DNA from: a virus
Direction: 5' to 3' (one strand)
IMG/VR virus record: IMGVR_UViG_3300018080_000034
Length of the DNA: 50,237 bases
Under the pieces are notes generated by a model. It saw nothing but the letters and a program-made list of their open reading frames with translations. It was not told the origin of the DNA and did no database searches. Every line of letters starts with the position of its first letter. Within the stretch, counting starts at the first letter, position 1. Below are positions 25,092 through 34,107 of the stretch, piece after piece. The translations under genes were made by a program, and so were the position numbers.

Positions 25092-25744
25092 GGCATGATC
25101 TCGTGATAGGGTACGCCGTCCAGTATGACGGCAGCAGAGAGGATGGGCCGCTCCTTGATGTGCTTACCGTAGGCAAACTGGTAGGCATCAACGTCAATCC
25201 CACATCCGACATCGACTGAAAAGACGCGCTGCATGGGGTTGGCGCGCCACTTCACGCCGGCGCGCGAATGGCAATGTCCCATGACGACGGGCATAAGCAT
25301 CTTGCCGGCTGTGTTCCAGGCAGGGTGAACTCCCCCTTGCCCCGTGCCGTGAAAGTAGTACACGCCGTCGATGATATGCTCGTGCCGCCAGTCCCAGCCG
25401 GGTGTGCTCCACGTCTCGCGATAGTCTCGAATGAATCGCGAGGGGATGTTGACGGATTCAGCGAGCCTAATCACGCGCTCATCGTGGTTGCCGATGCACA
25501 CCTTGGCTTTTGGGAACGCACGATACCAGAGCTTGATCTGCTGCCGAGCTAGTATGTACTCATCATCTGCGCCGGGGCAATTCGGATTGTTGGCGTGGAA
25601 TGAGATTGCTTGAAAGTCAATCACGTCACCCATGAAGATTATCTGATTGCACTTCCACTCCGCGCGCAAGTCCTTGCAGAACTGCAAGTAGCCTGGATGC
25701 GTTGCGGGGGCGTGAATGTCTCCAATGGCTAGGACTCGTGACAT
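24965..25744 (-). CDS. Calcineurin-like metallophosphoesterase (lambda NinI-type Ser/Thr phosphatase-like)
   Basis: GDIHA, GDVIDF, GNHDE and GHCH motifs in the canonical order. Confidence 0.8.
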   Translation of the reverse strand: MSRVLAIGDIHAPATHPGYLQFCKDLRAEWKCNQIIFMGDVIDFQAISFHANNPNCPGADDEYILARQQIKLWYRAFPKAKVCIGNHDERVIRLAESVNIPSRFIRDYRETWSTPGWDWRHEHIIDGVYYFHGTGQGGVHPAWNTAGKMLMPVVMGHCHSRAGVKWRANPMQRVFSVDVGCGIDVDAYQFAYGKHIKERPILSAAVILDGVPYHEIMPCGRGEKYHKSRFTHQRKASCGHSIAEPHAIPTTGSSTTTAF

Positions 25745-26259
25745 GATGGCCTCTTGGGGTTCATTTCTCTCAGTAACTTCCGGGCACGATGCGCTAAACT
25801 ATGAAACAGCGGACCCTCAACGACGCGCAGGTTAGTCATTTCGACGATTTCACGGATCATGCGGTACATAGCCAATGCTTCATCGCGTCCAACGCGCGAT
25901 GGCACCGCAGGAATGTCGCGGCAGCGGGCCTGATCTTGGTCGATAGACGCGCCAGGGTCAGGCTGCCCCCTCGGCGTTCCGCGGTCATTCCTGTAGAGAT
26001 ACGCAAACCGGCTTATGGCCTTAATATCGCGTTGACTCACGGCCATTCGTACTTCGATGGCCGGGATCGGCAGTTTGCATGTGAGGAGGTACTTGATTTC
26101 CGCCACGACCTTTGGATCAAGTGCTTCAACTCGCCGTAACATGCGCTTGATGCGCTGTACCGTGTCTGGCGATACGCCGCACTCCTGAGCGATGGCGCGG
26201 TCGGTCTGCCCAGCACGAATAGCCTCTCGCACCTTTTCTTCGATGGCATACGAAATCAT
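25729..26259 (-). CDS. HTH DNA-binding protein (candidate late-gene regulator)
   Basis: 176 aa. The N-terminal GQTDRAIAQECGVSPDTVQRIKR is a sigma70-region-4 / resolvase-type HTH. It follows rusA, where lambdoid phages carry Q. Confidence 0.45.
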   Translation of the reverse strand: MISYAIEEKVREAIRAGQTDRAIAQECGVSPDTVQRIKRMLRRVEALDPKVVAEIKYLLTCKLPIPAIEVRMAVSQRDIKAISRFAYLYRNDRGTPRGQPDPGASIDQDQARCRDIPAVPSRVGRDEALAMYRMIREIVEMTNLRVVEGPLFHSLAHRARKLLREMNPKRPSCHES

Positions 26260-26645
26260 TGGACCACTCTCGTAATCGTCAGTACGACCCGCGGATACTC
26301 TCGATCAATTCCCGTTGATGGGGGGAGACGTTGAAGGTGATCGTAGTCATCGTCGGGAATTAAACCCGCATCAACAATGCCGTCGTAAGCAGACTTGAGC
26401 GATGCGTTATCGTTGTCGGGATCGCGGCGTCGCTTGGTCTTGCGATAGAAGGCAGCTTGGACGGTCGCCCTCTCCCACGGCGCACTCTCAATCTGCTCTG
26501 CTAGGATTGCTTCCTTGGCTAACCGTCGGTACTTCTTGGCGGCTGCTGCTTTCTTGAAGCGACCGCCCAGCGATGCGATCATACTGTTGGGCGAAAGCAC
26601 CCTTGGGGGTGGCGGAAGGACAATCACCAGTATTTCCGATTGCAT
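26256..26645 (-). CDS. rusA: RusA-family Holliday junction resolvase
   Basis: LPPPPRVLSPN near the start and RRRDPDNDNASLKSAYDGIVDAGLIPDDD match the RusA D.DN..K...D signature. Start taken at ATG 26645. Confidence 0.8.
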   Translation of the reverse strand: MQSEILVIVLPPPPRVLSPNSMIASLGGRFKKAAAAKKYRRLAKEAILAEQIESAPWERATVQAAFYRKTKRRRDPDNDNASLKSAYDGIVDAGLIPDDDYDHLQRLPPSTGIDREYPRVVLTITRVVQ

Positions 26646-28914
26646 GGTTCTGTGGAGCATATTGCGGTACCCAGAACTTCGCCGTGTGGCCGGATGGTAT
26701 GCAAATTAGTTCACCGGCTTCTAGGAGATCGGCTACCATCTGGTCACGGAGGCGCTGATTCAGGAATTGACTTTTCCTGGTAATGTCTCGCTTGACGCAA
26801 CCAGCCTTACCAAATTGCCGAACGATGGCAACGAGTTTACGCTTAGCCGCTTCCGTGATTGAAGCTGTGATTTCCGGCTCGACTGTCATTACAAAATCAG
26901 CTAGGAGGAACTTCATTAACCGGCAGGCATATTGTGCATCCTGCTGCGAAATCACGGGTTGCTCAAAGGCTTGTCCAGCGGCGACAATGAGAGCAACCCG
27001 ACGCGCATTTTCCTCGGCCTTGAGCCAAATACTCCCACTGTCGCTATTGTGCCTGGCTTGGTGCTCTGCATAGGCATCGAACGCCACAAACTCACGCTCA
27101 GCCTCAACCTGCGTGGGAATTACGATCTGCTGCCCAATGGCCGGTGTGTGACTCGGCGTAGCAAGCGTCTTAACATCGCCGCCACTAAAATCCAGCGGCA
27201 CTTGGCGCGTAGCCCATGCCTGTACGTCCTGGATGAGATCATCTGGTATCCCTCCTAGCTTCAAGCCGCGTGCCTTACTGGGCATGTCGTGGGAATAGAA
27301 TGTCAGGACGCGACTAATCCACCCATCTTGTAAGTTCTGCGGTGTCAGGCCCTCGGTGAAACGCTCGGGAGTTGAGGCACCGTACAGGCAAAGGCAAGGC
27401 TGTATGATGGTTCGCTGCTTATCACTCAGGGCATACTCACGGCCGAGATAGACACTCCCGGCAGCCGAGTAGAGCTTCATTAGCATCGACACCACTTGCG
27501 CATGATGTGAACTGCCGCCAGAGCGCATGAATGACAGTAAGTGCCCAATTTCATCCCACAGGAACAGTGTTGCCGGTTGCGCAGCAAGCCTCTCTTCTAT
27601 GGCGGCGTCAGACGTAACGGTATCGCCACCTAATAGCTCAGCCGCTCCAGCCTCAGTGAACAACCGGCGTATTTGATTCATGGCGTGCGCTTTGCCGGCA
27701 CTTGATGGTGCAATGCCAACACAGTAGAGATTGGTGTAGTTTCCAAGCTCGTCACGAATCTTCCGGCCGAATAGAGCGCCAAGTGCCGCTAGTGAGCATC
27801 CAAGCGCCAGGAGTGGCTGCGGCTTAATGGCAGTGGCATTGATCCAGGAGCAAATACGGCCAAGTAATCCAGTGGGCGAACACAGGAAGGCAAGTTCCTC
27901 ACGGTAAAGCGCGGATTTCTTGTCCGCGTGCTCTCGTTGCGCCTCGGCAATGAGTGCCGCAATATCTCCTGGGCTCGGCAAGATTACTGGGGTGCTGTAT
28001 CCCGCGTCTTCCAGTAGCCATCCGTGCGGCTTCCCCCTTGGCGGGTTCTTGCGCGCTTCGGTAATCTTGCGCATGAAGTCTTTGTAGTCGCGCTGATTCG
28101 TTAAGTCCCACGGCGGAACGCATCGCGGATTATATTCGCTGGCTAATAGCTCAAAGGCCACCGTGTCAGAAAGCGCAAAGCCACCAACTAGACATTGCGC
28201 AGCCCAGAGGAGCTTGTCGTGGCCTGCTTGTCCCTGCACCGCCGCATCACATGCTGCGAGGTAGCCCCTGGCCCGCTCGACAACAGCGGTATCTGGCAAT
28301 ACACTGGTACGCATCGGTACTCGAACTTGCGTCTCCTGCGACCAGGGAGCGCGTGTGGCGGGCCGGAGGAAATCAGGATAGTCCGCAGGCGTTCGTTGCC
28401 AGGGAGCGCAGCCAGGAGACCACTTGTATTGACCGCCATTCGGATGAATAGACGGCGCAACCACTACATAGTAACCGTTGCCGCGAATGTCGATGCCAGG
28501 CCGAAAGCTGTTGCGGTTAGCGGGCGGATTGCTCGCCTGAAAGAACGCATGGAATCCCCCACGTGGCGTGTCTTGGCGTACTGTCTCTGGTAACGACGGA
28601 AACTCTTTGAGCGACTCGTGACCGTCGATACCCCTACCGCTATCTGTATCTACATCGACGACATACACACTGCTAATCTCACCACACGCGACGGCGATGT
28701 TGGCACTCGGCCACTTCGACCACCATTCACGAATCTGCGCCTCGTCGGTGGTAGCGTCCTTTACGCCATGCGCAGTAATGGGGCGCTTCTCGCCTGGCGC
28801 AAGCGGAAAGACCGCCCAGCCAAGTGAGGCGTAATGTAGCGCGGGTCCGAGGAAGGGGGTAGTTACCAAGGCTTCCCTTCGGCAAGTAAGTGATGGCCCT
28901 TGGCAGTTAGCCAA
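26488..28914 (-). CDS. Bifunctional primase-polymerase (Prim-Pol) fused to a DUF3987-type P-loop helicase
   Basis: N-terminal GWAVFPL...KRP, VYVVDVDTD and PRGGFHAFF. Central Walker A GIAPSSAGKA and Walker B LFLWDEIGH. An alternative TTG start at 28869 would overlap the upstream stop by 7 nt. Confidence 0.8.
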   Translation of the reverse strand: MANCQGPSLTCRREALVTTPFLGPALHYASLGWAVFPLAPGEKRPITAHGVKDATTDEAQIREWWSKWPSANIAVACGEISSVYVVDVDTDSGRGIDGHESLKEFPSLPETVRQDTPRGGFHAFFQASNPPANRNSFRPGIDIRGNGYYVVVAPSIHPNGGQYKWSPGCAPWQRTPADYPDFLRPATRAPWSQETQVRVPMRTSVLPDTAVVERARGYLAACDAAVQGQAGHDKLLWAAQCLVGGFALSDTVAFELLASEYNPRCVPPWDLTNQRDYKDFMRKITEARKNPPRGKPHGWLLEDAGYSTPVILPSPGDIAALIAEAQREHADKKSALYREELAFLCSPTGLLGRICSWINATAIKPQPLLALGCSLAALGALFGRKIRDELGNYTNLYCVGIAPSSAGKAHAMNQIRRLFTEAGAAELLGGDTVTSDAAIEERLAAQPATLFLWDEIGHLLSFMRSGGSSHHAQVVSMLMKLYSAAGSVYLGREYALSDKQRTIIQPCLCLYGASTPERFTEGLTPQNLQDGWISRVLTFYSHDMPSKARGLKLGGIPDDLIQDVQAWATRQVPLDFSGGDVKTLATPSHTPAIGQQIVIPTQVEAEREFVAFDAYAEHQARHNSDSGSIWLKAEENARRVALIVAAGQAFEQPVISQQDAQYACRLMKFLLADFVMTVEPEITASITEAAKRKLVAIVRQFGKAGCVKRDITRKSQFLNQRLRDQMVADLLEAGELICIPSGHTAKFWVPQYAPQNHAIGNTGDCPSATPKGAFAQQYDRIAGRSLQESSSRQEVPTVSQGSNPSRAD

Positions 28915-29105
28915 CCACTGCGCAAAGACACGCCGTATTCGATCAGCCCTCGCTTAGCTGCGCGTTCCATCGCGCGGTAGCAAACCTTTTCGCACGCGCC
29001 TGTATGGTCTGCCAGGATTTCGTAGGGCCAGCGGCAATCGGCGTATGTACGGGCTTGTCTCACCGCCCAGCACACATGGTAATCACTAATAGCCTTCGCT
29101 TGCAT
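28863..29105 (-). CDS. Small winged-helix-like protein
   Basis: 80 aa. YRAMERAAKRGLIEYGVSLRSGWLTAKG resembles a wHTH recognition helix plus wing. Translationally coupled on both sides. Confidence 0.4.
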   Translation of the reverse strand: MQAKAISDYHVCWAVRQARTYADCRWPYEILADHTGACEKVCYRAMERAAKRGLIEYGVSLRSGWLTAKGHHLLAEGKPW

Positions 29106-30733
29106 TACGTATCACCAGTTGCGAGTTCTTGATTCCAGTCCACTACCTCGTAGTACTTTCCGTTGCGGCGCACAGTAATTGTCTTAGTCCACTCCAGGAG
29201 CGCTTGTGATAAGAACAGGTCTTCAAGCGCGTGATTCACACTTACCTTCCCCTTGCCGCCAAATCGCCGCTTCCACCATTGCTGTGCCTTGAGTCCGGCT
29301 GGGCCGTCGTGGTCAAGGCATACCCACTCTCGAAACATCGACAGTCCACAGCGGTATTGCACTTTGAGCGAGTCTGGCTTCTCGGGCTTGACGTGCCGAG
29401 ACACGTAGATAGTATCGACCTTATAGGTCTCGGGCTCGCTGGATAGAATCGAGCGATCAGATGCCTTGTCGCGGTGCATCCTGCGCTCGTGCTCGACTTG
29501 ATCGAGCCGCTTCATTTCTTGCTTAGGAATCTCCCAGCCGCATTGCGGGCACACGCGCACAGCGCGGCTGAACGACTCTCGGCAGCGCTGGCAGGTCGCC
29601 ATTGCAACGTGATAGCCGCCGAGTAGGTCAATTGGGCCATGCTCCTCGATACAGCCTGCGAAATCGAGCACAAGACAGAAGTGCTTTCCGTCACAAAGCC
29701 GCAAGCCGCGACCGACCATCTGAGAGAATAGGCCAGCCGAGAGCGTCGGGCGCAATAGAACGATGCAGTCGATATGCGGCGAATCGAATCCCTCGGTTAG
29801 CACATTGACATTGCAAACTGCCCGTACTCTACCGGCCTTGAAGTCACGAATCAGCCGGTCACGTTCGCATTGTCTGGTCTTGCCCGTGAGATACGGGGCG
29901 TGAATGCCGTGCCGGGAAAGTTCTTGCGACACGCGCTTGCAGTGCTCAATATCGACTGTGAAAAACACGACAGCGCGGCGATTTTCGGCACAAATGATCC
30001 GCACGGCTTCGGCAACAGCCGCCGATACAACCTCATCCCGGTTCGTGGCCTTCGCTAAAGACTTAATAATGTAATCACCGCCCGAGTTGCGCCGAACGCC
30101 CTGCAATGTCGGTTGTGTCACGCCCACTTTCGAGCGCAGGTTACACAAGTAGCCTTGCTCAATCAGGTCCGTGACCTTAGCTTCGTAAACTATTTCGTTG
30201 AGGATATGGTCACGGTGGCAGATGTCACCGCAGCCCATGCGAAACGGGGTGGCCGTCCAGCCGACTACGCGAAGGTCTTGATTGAACCGCTGACAACCAT
30301 GAATGAAAGTGCGGTATTTGCCTTCACCAGCGGGCGGAATCCTATGCGCCTCGTCCACGAAAATGAAATCGAAGGGCTGAAACTCCCCAGAACGCTTGAA
30401 GATAGAGTCAATCGACGCAAATAGAATCTGCGCATCATAGTCCTTCTGCTTCAAGCCGGCGGAGAAAATGCCAATATGCCCCTCTGGATATGCACGTTGT
30501 AGCTTCTCGGCATTTTGTTGCACGAGTTCCTTTCTATGCGCTAGGATACACCCGCGCACCCACGGCGATTGCTCGGCCCATTGACGAATCTGCGCAGCCA
30601 TAACCACCGACTTCCCGGCGCCCGTCGGCAAGACGACACAGGGATTGGTGCGCTTTTCGCATACATGCGCGTGGAGCGCGTCGATAGTCTCCTGCTGGTA
30701 TTGGCGAAGTGTGAAAGTCATTCGTTCCACCAA
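29105..30733 (-). CDS. SF2 DEAD/DEAH-box helicase (ResIII + Helicase_C) with a C-terminal Zn ribbon
   Basis: LPTGAGKS (Walker A), FVDEAHRI (DEAH), TATPFR, a helicase-C region, and CQRC...CPQCG. Confidence 0.85.
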   Translation of the reverse strand: MVERMTFTLRQYQQETIDALHAHVCEKRTNPCVVLPTGAGKSVVMAAQIRQWAEQSPWVRGCILAHRKELVQQNAEKLQRAYPEGHIGIFSAGLKQKDYDAQILFASIDSIFKRSGEFQPFDFIFVDEAHRIPPAGEGKYRTFIHGCQRFNQDLRVVGWTATPFRMGCGDICHRDHILNEIVYEAKVTDLIEQGYLCNLRSKVGVTQPTLQGVRRNSGGDYIIKSLAKATNRDEVVSAAVAEAVRIICAENRRAVVFFTVDIEHCKRVSQELSRHGIHAPYLTGKTRQCERDRLIRDFKAGRVRAVCNVNVLTEGFDSPHIDCIVLLRPTLSAGLFSQMVGRGLRLCDGKHFCLVLDFAGCIEEHGPIDLLGGYHVAMATCQRCRESFSRAVRVCPQCGWEIPKQEMKRLDQVEHERRMHRDKASDRSILSSEPETYKVDTIYVSRHVKPEKPDSLKVQYRCGLSMFREWVCLDHDGPAGLKAQQWWKRRFGGKGKVSVNHALEDLFLSQALLEWTKTITVRRNGKYYEVVDWNQELATGDT

Positions 30734-30954
30734 TCGGCACGACTACGATTCCCTACGGGCATAGTTCCGCCATTCCTCTTAATACGAATACCGCGACTCG
30801 CCATGAGTTCACGGCGAAATCTTGCCTCTGGACCATTGAGAGTCTTTGTTTTTCTACCCATCCCCCGACTAACCTTGGCGGCAGAGGGGTATTCGCTCAG
30901 GGCGACCAGGACATTGAACGCAATTAGCATCCTACGCTTCTTATTGACAGTCAT
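30718..30954 (-). CDS. Small basic hypothetical protein
   Basis: 78 aa. Overlaps both neighbours (4 nt and 16 nt) in the same-strand operon. Confidence 0.4.
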   Translation of the reverse strand: MTVNKKRRMLIAFNVLVALSEYPSAAKVSRGMGRKTKTLNGPEARFRRELMASRGIRIKRNGGTMPVGNRSRADWWNE

Positions 30955-32267
30955 TCCTTCCCCTCCCGTATCTCTGCTTTGCCAGTCGGCGGAAACACCA
31001 GCGCGACGCGCCCGCCGTCGTACTCGGCGCCGCGGCAGTCGGGTGCTTGCGTTGTGGCAATTGGCGTCAACTCGTCAAGCCTCTCGTGGTATGCGTCTTG
31101 CCACGCATCGCAAAGCGCAGTGACGCGACCCTCCCACACGATCCGCGAGTCTTCGCGCGGATAGCGGGCCTGCAAGTCCGTCGATACACTCACGGCTGTT
31201 GCGCCAAACAAGTCTTTAGCGCCAGTAATCATCTGGTTACGAAGGTCGGAGCGCGCGAGTTTCATAAGCTCCTCGGTGGAATATGCGCCCTCCTGTTGGC
31301 CGTGCTTCCACCGATAGCCATCCTCTTCCTGAAACTCAATGAACTCCCCTCCGCCGCCTGGCCGGCTATAATCCACGGGCTCGGCGAACGTTACGAGCCC
31401 CGGTAAGAGAAGGTGGTCGCCACACGCTCGCTCCTGGTCGGTAGGCGCGAGGCTTCTCCTGTGCTTCTCGCACACCCACCGGGCCTGGCCGTCCATCTTC
31501 GGCGTTGCGTGACAGCACTGGCGGCAAGAGATCATCGGGAGCGGTACGGCCTGGCCTTCGACGCCCCAACAAGTATCGTGCGCATCGCACCATCGGCACT
31601 CATAGTAGTTGGGGCGATTGGCGATTCTTTCAGGTGGCTCCGTCGCGTTAATTATTCGTTCGGCGCGTTGCATTAGCGCCTCGGCGGCTTCTTTGTCATA
31701 TCGCACGCGCTCTGAATACAGGTCGTCGTTGTCTTTGTTGCGGGCCAAGTACACGCATCTAGTCAAGCCTGTCAGTAACATGTAGACTTGTGCCTGGGCC
31801 CAATGCTGCGGCTTCGATCTCTGCATACCTTCCTTGGTTAGCTCCCCAAACGACTTGGAGTTGTGGGTCTTGAACTCAAGGACATGCCAGGTCTTCGGGG
31901 CCTCGGGAACACCAATCGCGCAGCCGTCCATGTGGCCCGAGAAATGGCCGCCAAGCGCCGTAACCTCGAATTGCTCGTCGGTGCCGGGGTCTACTTCGTG
32001 GACGGTACAGCCTATCGCGCGAAGCTCTTTGACAAAGCGAGCTTCCTCCAAGTCACCCGTCTCAAAGAGACGGTACATGCGACCGGAGAAGTTGCGCTTC
32101 ACGCATTGCCGAAAGGTGTACCAGAGGTAACGCTCGCACGAGTGGCCTATGATTGAGGCACCTAAGTAGCCCCGGGCAGGCTCGGCGTCGCCGCGCTTCT
32201 TGTGGTAATCGAAAATCGCGGCAACGGTCTTGGATTGCGTCGGCAAATGCTGTGCTATGTCGCTCAT
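30951..32267 (-). CDS. Cas4/RecB-like PD-(D/E)XK exonuclease with 4-Cys (Fe-S type) pattern
   Basis: Start at ATG 32267 (ATGA overlap). N-terminal GHSCERYLWY, HVLEFKTH (ExK), and ECRWCDAHDTC (C-x2-C-x5-C). A C-terminal extension of about 165 aa has no recognisable motif. Confidence 0.65.
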   Translation of the reverse strand: MSDIAQHLPTQSKTVAAIFDYHKKRGDAEPARGYLGASIIGHSCERYLWYTFRQCVKRNFSGRMYRLFETGDLEEARFVKELRAIGCTVHEVDPGTDEQFEVTALGGHFSGHMDGCAIGVPEAPKTWHVLEFKTHNSKSFGELTKEGMQRSKPQHWAQAQVYMLLTGLTRCVYLARNKDNDDLYSERVRYDKEAAEALMQRAERIINATEPPERIANRPNYYECRWCDAHDTCWGVEGQAVPLPMISCRQCCHATPKMDGQARWVCEKHRRSLAPTDQERACGDHLLLPGLVTFAEPVDYSRPGGGGEFIEFQEEDGYRWKHGQQEGAYSTEELMKLARSDLRNQMITGAKDLFGATAVSVSTDLQARYPREDSRIVWEGRVTALCDAWQDAYHERLDELTPIATTQAPDCRGAEYDGGRVALVFPPTGKAEIREGKE

Positions 32268-32890
32268 TGGGCCGACTCTTTGCGGATTTTCATGCCTGGC
32301 CTGAGTCTGATACACGACCGACACACAAGGCCAGTGGAGGGATTGGTGTAGAGCGCCGACGCGCAGAGTTTAGATCGCTGTCGGCCGCAGATGTAGCAGC
32401 GGCCTTGCTGGCGCTGAAGCATCAGGTTATAGGCGTCTAAGGTAATACCAGCTTGCGCGCGCAACTTCCGGTCACGCTGCTTGCGAAGTGTCTGTGGCGT
32501 GGCATTGCTGCGTCGGGATTGCAGGCTCGCCTTACAGATGCACGAGTGACAAGCCAAGCCACCGAGTTGACCCATGAATCGTGAAGCTCGTAGCTTAGCG
32601 GGTTCGCCGTAACGCTCGTCGCGCGGCTTGGCCTCCCGCCCGCAACAAGCGCAGCGTCCATGCTGCGCTTGTTGCAAAGCATCGCGTTCCGTCGCGCTTA
32701 ATCCGTAAGTCGTGCGCAAACGCCAGTCCTCGATGAGTGCCCGCTTCTTGATGCGCCGACGAATGGCCCCCTCGGCTTTCTTGAGAGCCTCAGCGCGGCG
32801 CCGTTCAATTTCGCGCTGGTTTGCGAGATGCGCAGCCTTATTGGGGCACGAATAATTCTTGGGCTTGAGTATAATGCGATTCGCTCTCAC
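32264..32890 (-). CDS. Protein with two tandem endonuclease VII-like Zn-finger modules
   Basis: GTG start at 32890 (GTGA overlap). YGLSATERDALQQAQHGRCACCG and AGITLDAYNLMLQRQQGRCYICG resemble the YG.t...Y..l...Q.G.CaiC module of the EndoVII family. The usual DH.H histidines are not seen. Confidence 0.45.
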   Translation of the reverse strand: MRANRIILKPKNYSCPNKAAHLANQREIERRRAEALKKAEGAIRRRIKKRALIEDWRLRTTYGLSATERDALQQAQHGRCACCGREAKPRDERYGEPAKLRASRFMGQLGGLACHSCICKASLQSRRSNATPQTLRKQRDRKLRAQAGITLDAYNLMLQRQQGRCYICGRQRSKLCASALYTNPSTGLVCRSCIRLRPGMKIRKESAQ

Positions 32891-33306
32891 TTGGGCACTT
32901 TCACAGTGATCGCAACTTTTTTCGGTTTGACTTCGACGTGCTGAGCGAGCAACGAGAATACGTCGGGATACCGCTCTCGATACCATTCGTACCCTGCAAC
33001 GTCTAGCTCATGCGTAGTCTTCGACTTGATTGGCGGTGGGTATTCGCAGCACTTGGCCGCACATGCGCAAATAGCCTCCACGTCGGCCTTGTAAGACAGG
33101 TCGCGCTTAACGGTGAGTTTATAGCCACCCGAGAGAGAAACTGTTTGTTGCCCCCGCTCTTCGGTTGGAACGAGATCAGCAATCTGTTCCTCTATTGCAA
33201 TACGGCGCTTGCGCGCAATATCCTCCTCGGCTTTGGCGTCTAGCAAGTCGCCCGCGAGGCTATCTAGCCGGCGCAGCGCGAGATCGGTCAAAACGAATTG
33301 GGACAT
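32887..33306 (-). CDS. Hypothetical recombination-module protein
   Basis: 139 aa from the ATG at 33306 (RBS gagaggatgttATG). Coiled-coil N-half. Unknown family. Confidence 0.5.
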   Translation of the reverse strand: MSQFVLTDLALRRLDSLAGDLLDAKAEEDIARKRRIAIEEQIADLVPTEERGQQTVSLSGGYKLTVKRDLSYKADVEAICACAAKCCEYPPPIKSKTTHELDVAGYEWYRERYPDVFSLLAQHVEVKPKKVAITVKVPK

Positions 33307-33331
33307 AACATCCTCTCGTGTAAAGAACCCC

Positions 33332-33375
33332 AGCGGCGGCGCGGGCACCCCCATTAGAAAGCCCGCGCCGCCGCT
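33332..33375 (-). terminator. 15-bp perfect GC hairpin with a downstream T-rich run on the minus strand
   Basis: agcggcggcgcgggc (33332-33346) pairs with gcccgcgccgccgct (33361-33375). The minus-strand read continues GGGGTTCTTTAC. It lies in the 90-nt gap after the DUF669 gene. Confidence 0.45.
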
Positions 33376-33396
33376 TCGGACAACCCCACCCCTACC

Positions 33397-33969
33397 CTAG
33401 CGCGCCCAGGGAGGCTTCGATGCGCCGGCCGGCGGCGCCTGCTGCGCGGGCATGGCTTGTTGCATGGGATACTGTGGCGCGGCTTGCTGCGGCGGTTGCG
33501 CGACTGGAGGCTGAACTGACGGCGCTTGCGCAGTGGCATACGGCGGTTGAAATGACTGCTGAACCGACGGCGCATCCTCAAAAGGCGTGTACGTGCGTAT
33601 CTCGTTCTGGTCGTCCTTGACCTTAACCGAGGCCACGCAAGCCTTGTTGAGAAGCTGACTACTATCGGCAATTGCCGCCAGGCCGACAGCCTGCCCGAGC
33701 GCCGCAAGTTGTCGTAGCCCGATTTCCACGCATTGCGTACTCGGATTCTGGATGTTGATTCGATCCCAGAGCTTGCGATTCTTGGCAGGGCCGTCCAGGA
33801 CCACCATTTGTGTTTCCAGGTAGTGGCCGGTCCCGGCCTTGGTCTGCTTGACTTCGGCTTTCTCGATCAACACAGGGTATTTGCCCGGAGGCAGTACGTC
33901 GAAGTCCGATTGCGGCTCAACACTGTGGGTATCAAAGCCTTGACCGAAGAGACTAGCGAGATCATTCAT
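33397..33969 (-). CDS. DUF669-family protein (phage SSB-like partner of Sak4)
   Basis: Start at ATG 33969 (caggagaacgaaacATG). LPPGKYPVLIEKAEVKQTKAGTGHYLE fits the DUF669 N-terminal pattern. Q/P-rich tail. Adjacent to a Sak4-like ATPase. Confidence 0.65.
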   Translation of the reverse strand: MNDLASLFGQGFDTHSVEPQSDFDVLPPGKYPVLIEKAEVKQTKAGTGHYLETQMVVLDGPAKNRKLWDRINIQNPSTQCVEIGLRQLAALGQAVGLAAIADSSQLLNKACVASVKVKDDQNEIRTYTPFEDAPSVQQSFQPPYATAQAPSVQPPVAQPPQQAAPQYPMQQAMPAQQAPPAGASKPPWAR

Positions 33970-34025
33970 GTTTCGTTCTCCTGGGTGAAGTTGCGAAGTT
34001 ACGGTCGGCGGTATCCGTTCATAAG

Positions 34026-34107
34026 GGCCCTGGCGGGGAATCGAACCCCGTTTTTCTATCCAGGCAGCGTGATCTTGCATTGCAGCAAGAAAATTGCCTT
34101 CCAGGGC
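34026..34107 (-). other. tRNA-like element (perfect T-arm plus 7-bp acceptor pairing, non-canonical middle)
   Basis: Minus strand: GCCCTGG...CGGGG-TTCGATT-CCCCG-CCAGGGC-C. The T-arm is at 34034-34050 and the acceptor halves at 34101-34107 and 34027-34033. I could not draw a canonical D or anticodon arm. Confidence 0.35.
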
